64,000 bases of DNA from an uncultured beta proteobacterium (lineage in GTDB: Bacteria > Pseudomonadota > Gammaproteobacteria > Burkholderiales > JACQAP01), in the NCBI GenBank assembly GCA_963846655.1, contig CAWJWT010000002.1, forward strand, positions 875,247 through 939,246, written 5' to 3'. The notes under the pieces were generated by a model. The model ran no database searches and was not told where the DNA came from. It was given only the letters and a program-made list of their open reading frames with translations. The first letter of the stretch is position 1, and the number at the start of each line of letters is the position of its first letter. Below are positions 47,376 through 57,363 of the stretch, in pieces. The position numbers were made by a program, and so were the translations under genes.

Positions 47376-48515
47376 ATGAACACATTCGACAAAATCAAGA
47401 CGTTGGGCTGGCTGCTGATCGCCCTCAGTGCGCTGACATTCGGACCGCTGGCAAAGTCGAGCCATGCCGAGCGGCTCAAGGAAGTCGCCAAGGTGCAAGG
47501 CGTGCGCGACAACCAGTTGATCGGCTACGGCCTGGTGGTCGGGCTGGACGGCACTGGCGATCAGACGACGCAGACCCCGTTCACGACCCAGAGCCTGCAA
47601 GCCATGCTCTCGCAATTGGGCGTGCAATTGCCGCCGGGCACCGGCAGCAGCCTGCAACTGAAAAACGTCGCGGCCGTGGTCGTCACGGCGACGCTGGAGG
47701 CATTCACGCGCGCCGGACAAACCATCGACCTGACCGTGTCTTCGTTGGGCAACGCGAAAAGCCTGCGCGGGGGCACCTTGCTGATGACCCCGCTCAAAGG
47801 CGTCGATGGCCAGGTTTATGCCATTGCGCAAGGCAATCTGCTGGTCGGTGGCGTGGGCGCGTCGGCCAATGGCAGCAAGGTACAGGTCAACCACCTCGCC
47901 GTGGGTCGCATCCCCAACGGCGCGACGGTGGAGCGCGAAGTCGCCACCAGCCTGGGCCGCGGGGAGTTCATCTATCTGCAGTCGAACACCACGGATTTCG
48001 ATACGTCGCGGCAGATCGCCGTGGCGATCAATGCGTTCGTGGGACCGGACCTCGCCACGGCCGTCGACGGCCGCGTCGTGCGTGTGCGCGCACCGGCGGA
48101 GCCGGACAAGCGCGTGGAATTCCTTGCGCTGCTGGAGAACATCGATATTGTGCCCGCCAGAGCCGCCGCTAAAGTCATCGTCAACGCCCGCACGGGGTCG
48201 GTCGTCATGAACCAGACCGTGTCAATCGAGGCGTGCGCCGTCGCACACGGCAACCTGTCGGTGATCATCAGCACCGAACCGGTCATCAGCCAGCCCAACC
48301 CGCTGTCGCCGCGCGGCACCACGGTGCAGGCGCAACGCTCCACCATCGAGATCCGCGAAGACCGCGGCGGTCTGGTCACGATGCCCGCGGGCGTATCGCT
48401 GGCCGAAGTCGTCAAGGCGCTCAATTCGATCGGGGCGACGCCGCAGGATCTGCTTGCCATTTTGCAGGCCATGAAATCGGCGGGCGTGCTACGCGCCGAG
48501 CTCGAGATCATCTGA
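47376..48515 (+). CDS. flgI: Flagellar P-ring protein FlgI
   Basis: Signal peptide, then RLKEVAKVQGVRDNQLIGYGLVVGLDGTGD... Confidence 0.95.
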   Translation: MNTFDKIKTLGWLLIALSALTFGPLAKSSHAERLKEVAKVQGVRDNQLIGYGLVVGLDGTGDQTTQTPFTTQSLQAMLSQLGVQLPPGTGSSLQLKNVAAVVVTATLEAFTRAGQTIDLTVSSLGNAKSLRGGTLLMTPLKGVDGQVYAIAQGNLLVGGVGASANGSKVQVNHLAVGRIPNGATVEREVATSLGRGEFIYLQSNTTDFDTSRQIAVAINAFVGPDLATAVDGRVVRVRAPAEPDKRVEFLALLENIDIVPARAAAKVIVNARTGSVVMNQTVSIEACAVAHGNLSVIISTEPVISQPNPLSPRGTTVQAQRSTIEIREDRGGLVTMPAGVSLAEVVKALNSIGATPQDLLAILQAMKSAGVLRAELEII

Positions 48516-48524
48516 CCGGCAACC

Positions 48525-49400
48525 ATGACGATCGGTCCTGATCCCAACACCCTTTTTCTGGCGGCGCAGACGCGTGCGGTTGATGCGTTGCGCGCGAATA
48601 CCGGACCGCAAGCGACAGGCGCGATCAAGGAAACGGCGCGCCAGTTCGAAGCCTTGCTGATGAATGTCATGCTCAAGAGCATGCGGGCGACCGTCGCACA
48701 GGATGGCTTGTTCGACAGCGAGCAGACGCGCCTTTACACGACCATGCTCGACGAGCAGCTCGCGCAGTCGATGTCCCGGCGCGGCATGGGACTCGCAGAG
48801 GTGATCGAGCGGCAACTCGGTCCCGCGGCGCAAGCGCGCCCGTCCGGCGCTATGGAAGCCGCCACGGCCGGTGCCCACGCCGCCCGCGCAGAACCGGGTC
48901 ACCTGGCCCCGGACGCGGCGCGCCCGGGCGCCGCGCAAGACTTCATCCAACGCCTGGAGCCCGATGCCCAGGCGGTCAGCCGCGAAACCGGCATTCCTGC
49001 GCGCTTCCTGCTTGGGCATGCTGCACTCGAAACCGGTTGGGGCCGCGCCGAAAGTCGCGCGCCCGATGGCGCACCCAGCCGCAATCTCTTCGGCATCAAG
49101 GCGGGGCCGGGATGGCACGGAAAAACCGTCGACGTGTTGACCACCGAGTATGCGGGCGGCGTGGCTTACCGCAAGGTCGCGACGTTCCGCGCCTACGATT
49201 CGTACCAGGATTCCATGCGGGATTACGCCGCCCTGCTGGCAGGCAGCCCGCGCTATGCCCAGGTGCTGCAGAACACCACCGACGCTCGCGCCTACGCGCG
49301 CGAACTGCAGGCGGGCGGCTACGCCACGGATCCGCACTACGCGCAAAAGCTCGCGGCGGTCATCGACGGCAAGTCGCTGCGTCTTGCCGGCCTCGCATGA
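48525..49400 (+). CDS. flgJ: Flagellar rod assembly protein / peptidoglycan hydrolase FlgJ
   Basis: N-terminal rod-binding region (ETARQFEALLMNVMLKSMR) and C-terminal glucosaminidase domain (FLLGHAALETGWG...NLFGIKAG...YATDPHYAQKL). Confidence 0.9.
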   Translation: MTIGPDPNTLFLAAQTRAVDALRANTGPQATGAIKETARQFEALLMNVMLKSMRATVAQDGLFDSEQTRLYTTMLDEQLAQSMSRRGMGLAEVIERQLGPAAQARPSGAMEAATAGAHAARAEPGHLAPDAARPGAAQDFIQRLEPDAQAVSRETGIPARFLLGHAALETGWGRAESRAPDGAPSRNLFGIKAGPGWHGKTVDVLTTEYAGGVAYRKVATFRAYDSYQDSMRDYAALLAGSPRYAQVLQNTTDARAYARELQAGGYATDPHYAQKLAAVIDGKSLRLAGLA

Positions 49401-49402
49401 GT

Positions 49403-49429
49403 TCAAGTCAGGCCGCGGCCTGCCGTTAA
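49403..49429 (+). promoter_or_regulatory. Candidate sigma-28 promoter for flgKL
   Basis: TCAAGTCA-N11-GCCGTTAA. The -10 matches 7/8 of GCCGATAA, the -35 matches about 5/8 of TAAAGTTT, and the spacer is the correct 11 nt. It lies 30 nt upstream of the flgK start, in the flgJ-flgK gap. Confidence 0.55.
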
Positions 49430-49459
49430 TCAAGCAGGAGCAGAGGAAGGAAACCGCGT

Positions 49460-51364
49460 TTGGCTACCAACATCTTCGGCATTGGCATCACCGGCCTGCA
49501 GGCGGCGCAGGCTGGGCTCGTTACGGCCGGCCATAACATTTCCAATGCGAACACGCCCGGCTATACGCGCCAGCAAGTGGATTTCCGCAATGCGCTGCCG
49601 GTCGGCACGGGCAGTGGCTTCTTCGGCACGGGCGTGGAGATCGTCACGGTGCGCCGGCTTTACAGCTCGTTTCTGGCCAACGAAGTGCTCGGTGCTTCCA
49701 CGCAATCGAGTTCACTCGAGGCGGGTTATGCGCAAATCCAGCAGCTCGACAACCTGTTGGCCGATCCGTCGTCCGGTTTGTCGCCCGCAGTGCAGGAATT
49801 CTTCACCGCAGTGCAGGGTGTTGCCACGACCCCGAATATCGCGTCCTCGCGCCAGGTCCTGCTATCCTCGGCCGAAGCGCTCAAGGCGAGGTTTCAGCTC
49901 ATCGACCAGCGCCTGGGCGATCTTCGCGCAGGCATCAATGACGACATCGGCGCCACGGCGCGGGAGATCAGCAGTTACGCCGTACAGATCGCCGATCTCA
50001 ACCAACGCATCATTGCTGCGCGCGGCGCCACCGGCGGCCAGCCGCCCAACGATCTGCTCGACCAGCGCGATCAACTGGTCGCGGAACTGAACAAGGACAT
50101 CCGTGCCACGGTCGTGGTGCAGGACGATGGCACCTACAACGTGTTCATTGGCAGCGGGCAACCACTGGTCGCCGGCGCGCTCGCCTATTCGCTGACGACA
50201 TTGCGCGACCCATTCGACGCTACGCGCATGACCATCGGTTATCGCACGCCTGCGGGCATCGTCCAACTGCCTGAGCCGACCCTGACGGGCGGCAAGCTCG
50301 GCGGATTGCTGGCATTCCGCCGCGATTCCCTGGATCCGGCGCAAAACGCGCTGGGTCGCGTTGCCATCAGCCTCGCGCAGACGTTCAATGCCCAGCATCG
50401 TCTGGGCCTGGATTTGAACGCCCAGATGGGCACGGATTTCTTCTCCATCGGCACGCCCCAGGTTGCAGCCAATCTCAACAATACCGGCAATGCGGTGATC
50501 GCCGCGGCATTCGATCCTGCCAACGTCGGCGGGCTGACGACGAGCGATTACCGCATCAGCTACGACGGCGCGAACTACACCCTGACGCGGCTCGCGGACA
50601 ACACTAACCAAAGCTTCGCGAGCTTCCCGCAAACGGTGGACGGTTTCACGCTCTCGCTGGGGTCGGGCACGGCCGCGGCGGGCGATACGTTCTTGCTGCG
50701 TCCGACCGCCATTGGCGCGTCCACGCTGGGCGTGGCGTTGAAAGATCCGGCCCACGTTGCAGCTGCCGCCCCGATTCGCACGGCCCAGGCGCAGACCAAC
50801 ACCGGTTCCGCGAAAATCAGCGCCGGAAGCGTCGAGGCGCTGGACCCGAACCTGCAGCAACCCGTCACGATTACGTTTACCAGCGCGACGACGTTCGACG
50901 TCACCGGTGCCGGCACCGGCAATCCTGCGGGCGTGGCCTATGTGGCGGGTCAGGACATCACGTTCAACGGGTGGACCGTGCAAATCAGCGGGACGGCCGC
51001 CAACGGGGATTCGTTCAGCATCGGACCCAACACGGGCGGCAGCGGCGACAATCGCAATGCCTTGTTGCTCGCCGGGCTGCAGACCGCCAAGCTCATCAAC
51101 GGCGGCAGCGCTTCCTACCAAGGCGCCTATGCGGCGCTCGTGGGCCAGGTCGGCGCGCAAACGCGTCAGTTGCAAGTCACCGCGGCTGCGCAAGCTGCCG
51201 TGCTCGAGCACTCTCGCACCGCGCAGCAATCCATGTCGGGCGTGAACCTCGACGAGGAAGCCGCCAACCTGATTCGATTCCAGCAAGCCTACCAGGCTTC
51301 GGGAAAAGTACTGCAGATCGCGTCGTCGCTGTTCGACACCTTGCTGCAGCTGGGCCACTCCTAA
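49460..51364 (+). CDS. flgK: Flagellar hook-filament junction protein 1 FlgK
   Basis: TTG start at 49460 with a GAGGAAGG Shine-Dalgarno 8 nt upstream. ...IFGIGITGLQAAQAGLVTAGHNISNANTPGYTRQ...; C-terminal GVNLDEEAANLIRFQQAYQASGKVLQ. Confidence 0.9.
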   Translation: MATNIFGIGITGLQAAQAGLVTAGHNISNANTPGYTRQQVDFRNALPVGTGSGFFGTGVEIVTVRRLYSSFLANEVLGASTQSSSLEAGYAQIQQLDNLLADPSSGLSPAVQEFFTAVQGVATTPNIASSRQVLLSSAEALKARFQLIDQRLGDLRAGINDDIGATAREISSYAVQIADLNQRIIAARGATGGQPPNDLLDQRDQLVAELNKDIRATVVVQDDGTYNVFIGSGQPLVAGALAYSLTTLRDPFDATRMTIGYRTPAGIVQLPEPTLTGGKLGGLLAFRRDSLDPAQNALGRVAISLAQTFNAQHRLGLDLNAQMGTDFFSIGTPQVAANLNNTGNAVIAAAFDPANVGGLTTSDYRISYDGANYTLTRLADNTNQSFASFPQTVDGFTLSLGSGTAAAGDTFLLRPTAIGASTLGVALKDPAHVAAAAPIRTAQAQTNTGSAKISAGSVEALDPNLQQPVTITFTSATTFDVTGAGTGNPAGVAYVAGQDITFNGWTVQISGTAANGDSFSIGPNTGGSGDNRNALLLAGLQTAKLINGGSASYQGAYAALVGQVGAQTRQLQVTAAAQAAVLEHSRTAQQSMSGVNLDEEAANLIRFQQAYQASGKVLQIASSLFDTLLQLGHS

Positions 51365-51376
51365 AGGGCAACCGCC

Positions 51377-52585
51377 ATGCGTATCAGCACCAATACCCTC
51401 TACGAACTCAGCGTCAGCGCCATGAACCGGCAACAGACGCAACTGCTGAAGACGCAGCAGCAAATAGCTGCCAATCGGCGCATCCTCACGCCTTCCGACG
51501 ATCCGATCGCTTCGGCGCGCGCGCTCGAAATCACGCAGGCCGACGGCATCAATACGCAGTACGGCAGCAATGCGCAGACGGCAGCGGGTCGCCTCGCGCT
51601 CACCGAGCAGGCTTTGGGACGGGTCACCGGTTTGCTGCAATCGGCCCGGGAGAATGCCGTCGCCGCGGGCAACGGCAGTTTCACCGACGCGGACCGCCGT
51701 ACCGTGGCACAGGATCTCCAGTCGCTCGCCGACGAAATGCTGGCGGTGGCCAATACCACCGACGGCGAAAGCAACTATCTTTTTTCGGGTTTTCAGACCG
51801 ACGTGAAACCGTTTTCTGCGAACGCAACCGGCATGCAGTATCTCGGCGACGACGGTCAGCGGCTGGTCCAGGTTGCCAGCGGCCGGCAGATCGCCATCAG
51901 TGAATCCGGCGCCGATGTGTTCATGCGCATCCGCACCGGCAACGGCCGTTTCGCGGTGTCAGCCCCGGCCACCAATGCGGGTTCGGCCACCTATGGCGCC
52001 GGCACGGTAACCGACGCGGCGGCACTGACTGGTGACCAGTACCGGGTCACGTTCAGCGTGACCGGTGCGGCGACGACTTACGACGTGGTGAACGTGACCA
52101 CGGGCGCGACGGTCGCAGCCGCCCAACCTTACAGCAGTGGCGCGTACATCGGCTTCGACGGCATGCGCATCGAGATCAGCGGTGTCCCCGCTGCCGGCGA
52201 TAGCGTGCAGATCGATCCCAGCGTCAATCGGGATGTTTTCAGGACGCTGTCGGATCTGATCGCGGCACTGCGGGCGCCGGCGGGCGATGCGGCCGCGCGT
52301 GCGCGCCTGCACAACGCGCTGACCGACGGGTTGACCAATCTCGACCAGAATCTCGACACCGTCAATTCGGTGCGGGCCGGCGTCGGAACGCGCATGCGCG
52401 AAACCGAAAACCTGCAGAACAGCAGCGAAGACCTGTCGCTGCAGTACAAGCAGGTCCTGTCGAATCTGCAGGACCTGGATTTTGCCAAAGCCGTGAGCGA
52501 CCTGACCCAGCAGCAGAACAACCTGGTGGCGGCCCAGAAGACTTTCGTGCAGACCGCGCAGCTCTCGATCTTCCAATTTCTGTAA
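51377..52585 (+). CDS. flgL: Flagellar hook-filament junction protein 3 FlgL
   Basis: MRISTNTLYELSVSAMNRQQTQLLKTQQQIAANRRILTPSDDPIASA (flagellin-N-like) and C-terminal ...DFAKAVSDLTQQQNNLVAAQKTFVQ. Confidence 0.9.
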   Translation: MRISTNTLYELSVSAMNRQQTQLLKTQQQIAANRRILTPSDDPIASARALEITQADGINTQYGSNAQTAAGRLALTEQALGRVTGLLQSARENAVAAGNGSFTDADRRTVAQDLQSLADEMLAVANTTDGESNYLFSGFQTDVKPFSANATGMQYLGDDGQRLVQVASGRQIAISESGADVFMRIRTGNGRFAVSAPATNAGSATYGAGTVTDAAALTGDQYRVTFSVTGAATTYDVVNVTTGATVAAAQPYSSGAYIGFDGMRIEISGVPAAGDSVQIDPSVNRDVFRTLSDLIAALRAPAGDAAARARLHNALTDGLTNLDQNLDTVNSVRAGVGTRMRETENLQNSSEDLSLQYKQVLSNLQDLDFAKAVSDLTQQQNNLVAAQKTFVQTAQLSIFQFL

Positions 52586-52595
52586 GCCCACCGCG

Positions 52596-52615
52596 GCTGC
52601 CCGCATCAGGGCAGC
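52596..52615 (+). terminator. Possible hairpin terminator after flgL
   Basis: gctgccc (52596-52602) pairs with gggcagc (52609-52615) around a 6-nt loop. The T-tract that follows is weak (ttcag). Confidence 0.35.
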
Positions 52616-52706
52616 TTCAGCCACCGCGCTCAAGCGACGCGTCGGCGCCGGCGTCATCCCTCTGGACTTGCGTGGCACCGGGCGCTTGCCTTCCTGCCGC
52701 ATGCGG

Positions 52707-53489
52707 CTAGCGCGCAGGCTTCAGTATTTCCAGGGCCGCGGAGACGCCCGATGTCAGCAGGTTTTCCAGCGGCATGGTCAGGTGCGGCAGGGCGAGTGCG
52801 AGCATGGCGAACCCCAGCATCAGGGTGATGGGAAAGCCCACCGCGAAGATATTGAGCTGGGGGGCCGCACGGGTCAGCACGCCCAGTGCGAGGTTGGTGA
52901 TCAGCAGCGCGGCGACCACGGGTAATGCCAGCATCAGGCCGGCGCCGAAAATCTGCGCACCCCAGCTGACCAGGTTGTAAGCGGCAGTCGGCCCGAACAG
53001 TCCCGTGCCGATCGGCAGTTGCGCAAAACTTTGCGCAAGCGTCGAGATGACCAGCAGGTGGCCGTTGAGCGCCAGGAAGAACAGCACGGCCAGCAGGCTC
53101 ATGAGCTCTGCCACGACGGGCGCGTTGGTGCCTCGCTCCGGGTCGAAGAACGTGGCAAAGCCCAATCCCATTTGCAGACCGATCAGTTCGCCCGCGGCAT
53201 CGACGGCTGCAAACGCGACCGCCATCGCGAGCCCGATCGCGGTACCGATGATGATCTGCTCGATCAGTATGACCAGGCCTTCATACGACGACGGTGAAAC
53301 GGACGGGATCGGCCCCGCGAGCGGTGCGATGACCACCGTCAGCGCCAGCCCGACGCCGAGTCGCACACGCCGCGGCACCGAGCGGTTGGCAAACATGGGC
53401 GCCGTCATGACCACGGCCAGGATGCGCGCCATGGGAAACACCATGGCGGCGAGAAAGGCAGTGAGCTGGGCGGACGTGACCGAAAACAT
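52707..53489 (-). CDS. fliR: Flagellar export apparatus protein FliR
   Basis: 260-aa polytopic membrane protein; position after fliQ; ...FLAAMVFPMARILAVVMTAPMF... Confidence 0.9.
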   Translation of the reverse strand: MFSVTSAQLTAFLAAMVFPMARILAVVMTAPMFANRSVPRRVRLGVGLALTVVIAPLAGPIPSVSPSSYEGLVILIEQIIIGTAIGLAMAVAFAAVDAAGELIGLQMGLGFATFFDPERGTNAPVVAELMSLLAVLFFLALNGHLLVISTLAQSFAQLPIGTGLFGPTAAYNLVSWGAQIFGAGLMLALPVVAALLITNLALGVLTRAAPQLNIFAVGFPITLMLGFAMLALALPHLTMPLENLLTSGVSAALEILKPAR

Positions 53490-53552
53490 GAATGGGTGAT
53501 CAGGGCAGGGCCGGGATTACTGGATGCTTTGCCGCAAGCGCAACGGCGGCCT

Positions 53553-53822
53553 TCACCCGATCATGAACGGCAGGTTTTCGAGCAAGCGCCGGATGTATTC
53601 GACCATCATCGTGATCATCCACGGACCGGCAAACACCAGCATGACCAGGATCGCGACCAGTTTGGGGATGAAAGACAGTGTCATTTCATTGATCTGCGTG
53701 GCGGCCTGGAACACGCTGACCAGCAGGCCGACCGCCAGCGCGGAGAGCAGCAGCGGTGCCGAGATCAGCAAGGTGAGTTCGAGCGCCTGGCGCCCGAGCG
53801 TCATCACCGATTCCGGGGTCAT
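53553..53822 (-). CDS. fliQ: Flagellar export apparatus protein FliQ
   Basis: 89 aa. [54 protein letters not shown]. Confidence 0.95.
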   Translation of the reverse strand: MTPESVMTLGRQALELTLLISAPLLLSALAVGLLVSVFQAATQINEMTLSFIPKLVAILVMLVFAGPWMITMMVEYIRRLLENLPFMIG

Positions 53823-54580
53823 GGCGAGAAGCTCCGGACCAGCGAGCCGATCAGCAGGTTCCAGCCATCCGCCAGCACGAACAGCATGATCTTGAACGGC
53901 AGGGAAATCATGACCGGCGAAAGCATCATCATGCCCATCGACATCAGCACGCTCGATACCACCATGTCGATGATCAGGAACGGGATGAAAATCAGGAATC
54001 CGATCTGGAAGGCGGTTTTGAGTTCGGAGGTCACGAAGGCCGGGATCATGACTTTCATCGGCACCTGTTCAGGCGTCTGCACTTCGACATCGGCGAGTTT
54101 CATGAACAGACCCAGATCTGCTTCACGCGTCTGCTTCAACATGAACTGGCGCAACGGCGCCGACGCGCGTTCGATGGCTTCGCCGGAATCGATCTTGTTC
54201 TGCGAGAACGGCTGGTAGGCGTTCTGGTAGATGGCATCCAGCGTCGGGGCCATCACGAACAGGTTCAGGAACAGGGCCAGCCCGATGAGCACCTGGTTGG
54301 GCGGGGCGGTGGGCGTGCCGATCGCCTGGCGCACCAGCGAGAGCACGATGATGATGCGCGTAAACCCCGTCATCATCAGCAGTAGCGCCGGCAGGAACGT
54401 CAGCGCAGTCAGGAACAGCAGCGTCTGCACGGGCAGCGAATACGTTTGCGTGCCGCCGGGGCCCGGCGCGCTGGTCAAGGCCGGCAGGCTTGCTTGCTGC
54501 GCAAAGGCCGGCAGCGCGGCCAGCAACAGCAACAGGCCAAGCGGCCAGCCCCGGGCCATCTGGCGCAAGCAATTACGCAT
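53819..54580 (-). CDS. fliP: Flagellar export apparatus protein FliP
   Basis: Signal-like [29 protein letters not shown], then ...[28 protein letters not shown]...[27 protein letters not shown]. The ORF-track N-terminal 130 aa are read-through over fliO. Confidence 0.9.
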   Translation of the reverse strand: MRNCLRQMARGWPLGLLLLLAALPAFAQQASLPALTSAPGPGGTQTYSLPVQTLLFLTALTFLPALLLMMTGFTRIIIVLSLVRQAIGTPTAPPNQVLIGLALFLNLFVMAPTLDAIYQNAYQPFSQNKIDSGEAIERASAPLRQFMLKQTREADLGLFMKLADVEVQTPEQVPMKVMIPAFVTSELKTAFQIGFLIFIPFLIIDMVVSSVLMSMGMMMLSPVMISLPFKIMLFVLADGWNLLIGSLVRSFSP

Positions 54581-55082
54581 TATTGCGCCGCTCGATCGTC
54601 TGTTTGAGCCAACCTGCGAATCCCCCCGGCGCAGCGGCGCTCTGGGCCGGCTGGAAATTCTCGGGCTTGGGCATGGTGTGCAGCGGCGACACCTGGCCTG
54701 GCGCCACCCCGACGACGAGCCAGGTATCGTTGACTTCCACCAGCAGCACGCGCTCGCGGTTGCCCACTGCGGTACCCGCCACGATGCGCAGTGCGCTGCC
54801 GCCGGTGGCGATGTTCGGATTGAAGCGACGCATGACCCAGGCAGCGGCGAACACCATGCCGAGCACGATGGCCAGGCCCAGAAAGACCTGCAAGACACTG
54901 CCGGCGCCCACCGGTGAGGGCAGTGCGTCGGCCGCCGCCAGCGTATCGGCGGAATACACCAGGAATCCAACCGCCGTTCGAGCGCCGCGCCTGCCCCAAC
55001 GATGCCGGGCGCTGGGGTGCCGCCATTGGGGAAGGCGTGACTGGAAGCCTGTGTTGCCAGGGTTAATTACACGGGTTTGCAT
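54573..55082 (-). CDS. fliO: Flagellar export apparatus protein FliO (start uncertain)
   Basis: Core [26 protein letters not shown]...[29 protein letters not shown] is FliO-like. The first ~45 aa from ATG 55082 are Arg/Trp/His-rich and unconvincing. A GTG at 54960 is an alternative start. Confidence 0.7.
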   Translation of the reverse strand: MQTRVINPGNTGFQSRLPQWRHPSARHRWGRRGARTAVGFLVYSADTLAAADALPSPVGAGSVLQVFLGLAIVLGMVFAAAWVMRRFNPNIATGGSALRIVAGTAVGNRERVLLVEVNDTWLVVGVAPGQVSPLHTMPKPENFQPAQSAAAPGGFAGWLKQTIERRNNA

Positions 55083-55112
55083 GGCACGATTCTCTGGGTG
55101 ACCGGGGCTGCA

Positions 55113-55574
55113 TCAACGATTCAGTTGCCGCATGCGTTCCGAGGGCGTCACGATATCGGTCAGGCGGATGCCGAACTTGTCGTTGACCACGACGACTTCG
55201 CCTTGTGCGATCAGGCAGCCGTTGACCAGTACATCCATCGGTTCACCGGCCAGTCCGTCGAGTTCGACCACCGAACCCTGGGCGAGCTGCAGCAGGTTCT
55301 TGATCGTGATCTTGGTGCGGCCGAGTTCCACGGTGAGCTGCACCGGGATGTTGAGAATCATGTCGATGTCGTTCTTGACCCCCGCCGTGGCGCCGCGCGC
55401 AAGTTCCTGGAACGCCGGTGCCGCCGTCGGTTCGGCCGCACCCGGTTCCGCGACCGCGGTGTGCCCTTCGTCGTTGTGGAGTCCTGCATTGGTCGGTTCT
55501 GGCATTTCTGCCTCCGTGGGTTTGGATTGAAAAGGCCGCTTTTCGCGGTCCCGGCGTTCCTGTTCAGTGGTCAT
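55113..55574 (-). CDS. fliN: Flagellar motor switch protein FliN
   Basis: C-terminal SpoA domain ...ILNIPVQLTVELGRTKITIKNLLQLAQGSVVELDGLAGEPMDVLVNGCLIAQGEVVVVNDKFGIRLTDI. Confidence 0.9.
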   Translation of the reverse strand: MTTEQERRDREKRPFQSKPTEAEMPEPTNAGLHNDEGHTAVAEPGAAEPTAAPAFQELARGATAGVKNDIDMILNIPVQLTVELGRTKITIKNLLQLAQGSVVELDGLAGEPMDVLVNGCLIAQGEVVVVNDKFGIRLTDIVTPSERMRQLNR

Positions 55575-56559
55575 TCTGTTCCGCGACGCTGTGATTGATC
55601 ATTCGCTGCACGCGCAATGCGTACTGGCCGTTGAACACGCCATGGTTGCATTCCATGACCGGTACGCCATCGACGGTGGCGATCAATTCCGCGGGGATCT
55701 GCAGCGGGATGACATCGCCCACTTGCAGGCCGTTTACCTGGCTCAAGGTGAGCTTCGCGCAGCCCAGATTGGCCACCAGTTCCACTTCCGCTGACTGGAC
55801 CTGGCGCGACAGCAGGCGTAACCAGCGCTTGTCGGCCTTGTTGCGCTCGCCCTGCGCCGTCGAGTTCAGGACGTCGCGAATCGGTTCGATCATTGCGTAG
55901 GGCAGGCACAGATGAAAGTCGCCGCTGGTGCCGCCCAGTTCGATGGTGAAGGTCGTGGTGATGACGATTTCGTTCGGTGTCGCAATGCTGGCGACCTGCG
56001 GGTCCGGCTCGGCGCGCACGCTCTCGAACTTCACCGGGTAAACCGGTTTCCACGATTGCTCGAGGTTCTCGAACGCCACCTCCATGAGCCGCTCGACGAT
56101 GCGCCGCTCCGTGGGCGTGAATTCGCGTGCTTCATCCCGCGCCGGGAAACGCCCGTCGCCGCCGAACAGCGTATCGATCACCAGGGCGACCAGGGCGGGG
56201 TCGAAAACGAACACGCCGTTGCCGCGCAGCGGCTTGAGTTCCACCATGTTCAGATGGACCGGCGCCGCCAGGCTGCGCAGGAATTCGCCGTATTTCTGCG
56301 CACGTACCGGACCGACGGAAATCTCCGCGCTGCGGCGCATGAAGTTGAACAGCCCGACGCGCATCAGCCGTGCAAAGCGCTCGTTGATGAGTTCAAACGT
56401 GGGCATGCGCCCGCGTACGATGCGCTCCTGGGTCGCGACGTTGTAGGGCTGAACCTGCGCCTCCCCGCCCGCTTTCGCCGGTGCGGCGGCGGGCGCTTCG
56501 CCGGACACGCCTTCGAGCAGCGCGTCGACTTCGTTCTGGGTCAGAAATTCTTTGGCCAT
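55564..56559 (-). CDS. fliM: Flagellar motor switch protein FliM
   Basis: MAKEFLTQNEVDALLEG (CheY-P binding-type N-terminus). 331 aa. Confidence 0.9.
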   Translation of the reverse strand: MAKEFLTQNEVDALLEGVSGEAPAAAPAKAGGEAQVQPYNVATQERIVRGRMPTFELINERFARLMRVGLFNFMRRSAEISVGPVRAQKYGEFLRSLAAPVHLNMVELKPLRGNGVFVFDPALVALVIDTLFGGDGRFPARDEAREFTPTERRIVERLMEVAFENLEQSWKPVYPVKFESVRAEPDPQVASIATPNEIVITTTFTIELGGTSGDFHLCLPYAMIEPIRDVLNSTAQGERNKADKRWLRLLSRQVQSAEVELVANLGCAKLTLSQVNGLQVGDVIPLQIPAELIATVDGVPVMECNHGVFNGQYALRVQRMINHSVAEQNDH

Positions 56560-57254
56560 GCTCGCGGAGCGGATCTACTGGATGATGAAGGAAGTGAACA
56601 GCACGCTCTTGACCAGATAGTCCTCGGGCGACTGCGCTTCGCTCTCTTCTTCGTCGCCGGCTTCGGCTTCGGTGGCCTCGTCCTCGGCCGCTTCGCCTCG
56701 GCCGCTTCGCCCTCCGCCGCCACCCTGGTGATCTTGAGCGGGGCCGGGGCCGGGATGGACTCGGGGTCGACGACCGCCGTGATTTCCAGGCGCACGGCTT
56801 CGGCGAGTTTCAATTTACCGTCGGTCGTGAGCACTTCCTGCGAGGTCTTGTTCGCGAGCAGCATCAGGATGCGATTGCGCACTTCAGGCATGTGCGCCTT
56901 GACCGCGTCCACGACGCCGGGCCCGGCGAGCCGCAGCGTCATCTCGGTCTGCAGAAACTGATCGTTGCCCTGCGCCTGCGGATTGCGCAAGTTTACGACG
57001 AACGCTTCCAGCGGCAGATAGACCGGAGGTCCGGCCCGATTGACCTGCTTGACGGGATTTTTTTTGACCGGTTCGGCCTTGGCTTCACCCGGCGCGGCCG
57101 GGAACAACCGGAGGGCGAACCAGGTGCCGCCGCTGCCCAGCACGCAGCACAGCGCCGCGATGAGGATCATCGTTTTCTTGCCAGCCGGTTTCTTGGCCGG
57201 GACGTCGGGGATTTCCTCTTGCGTTTCGGCGTCGGCTTTCGGATTCTTTGCCAT
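56541..57254 (-). pseudogene. fliL: Flagellar basal-body-associated protein FliL, C-terminus frameshifted by a 14-bp tandem duplication (native stop would be at 56577-56579)
   Basis: N-terminal 190 aa are FliL-like (TM ILIAALCCVLGSGGTWFAL; YLPLEAFVVNL...FLQTEMTLRL). After 56708 the frame gives an Arg/Lys/Pro-rich tail, whereas another frame encodes ...DYLVKSVLFTSFIIQ-stop, the usual FliL ending. Confidence 0.85.
56681..56708. repeat. Exact 14-bp tandem duplication (cctcggccgcttcg x2) inside fliL
   Basis: 56681-56694 and 56695-56708 are identical. Removing one copy restores a continuous FliL frame ending in LFTSFIIQ. Confidence 0.95.
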
Positions 57255-57363
57255 GGCGTGCCCTGTTCTTGGATGCTGCCATTATTCCGCCGGGCAGCCG
57301 GCATCCATTGGGCGAATAGAGCGGCAAAAAATGCCTAATTCAACGGGCCGGCCCTTACAGGCC

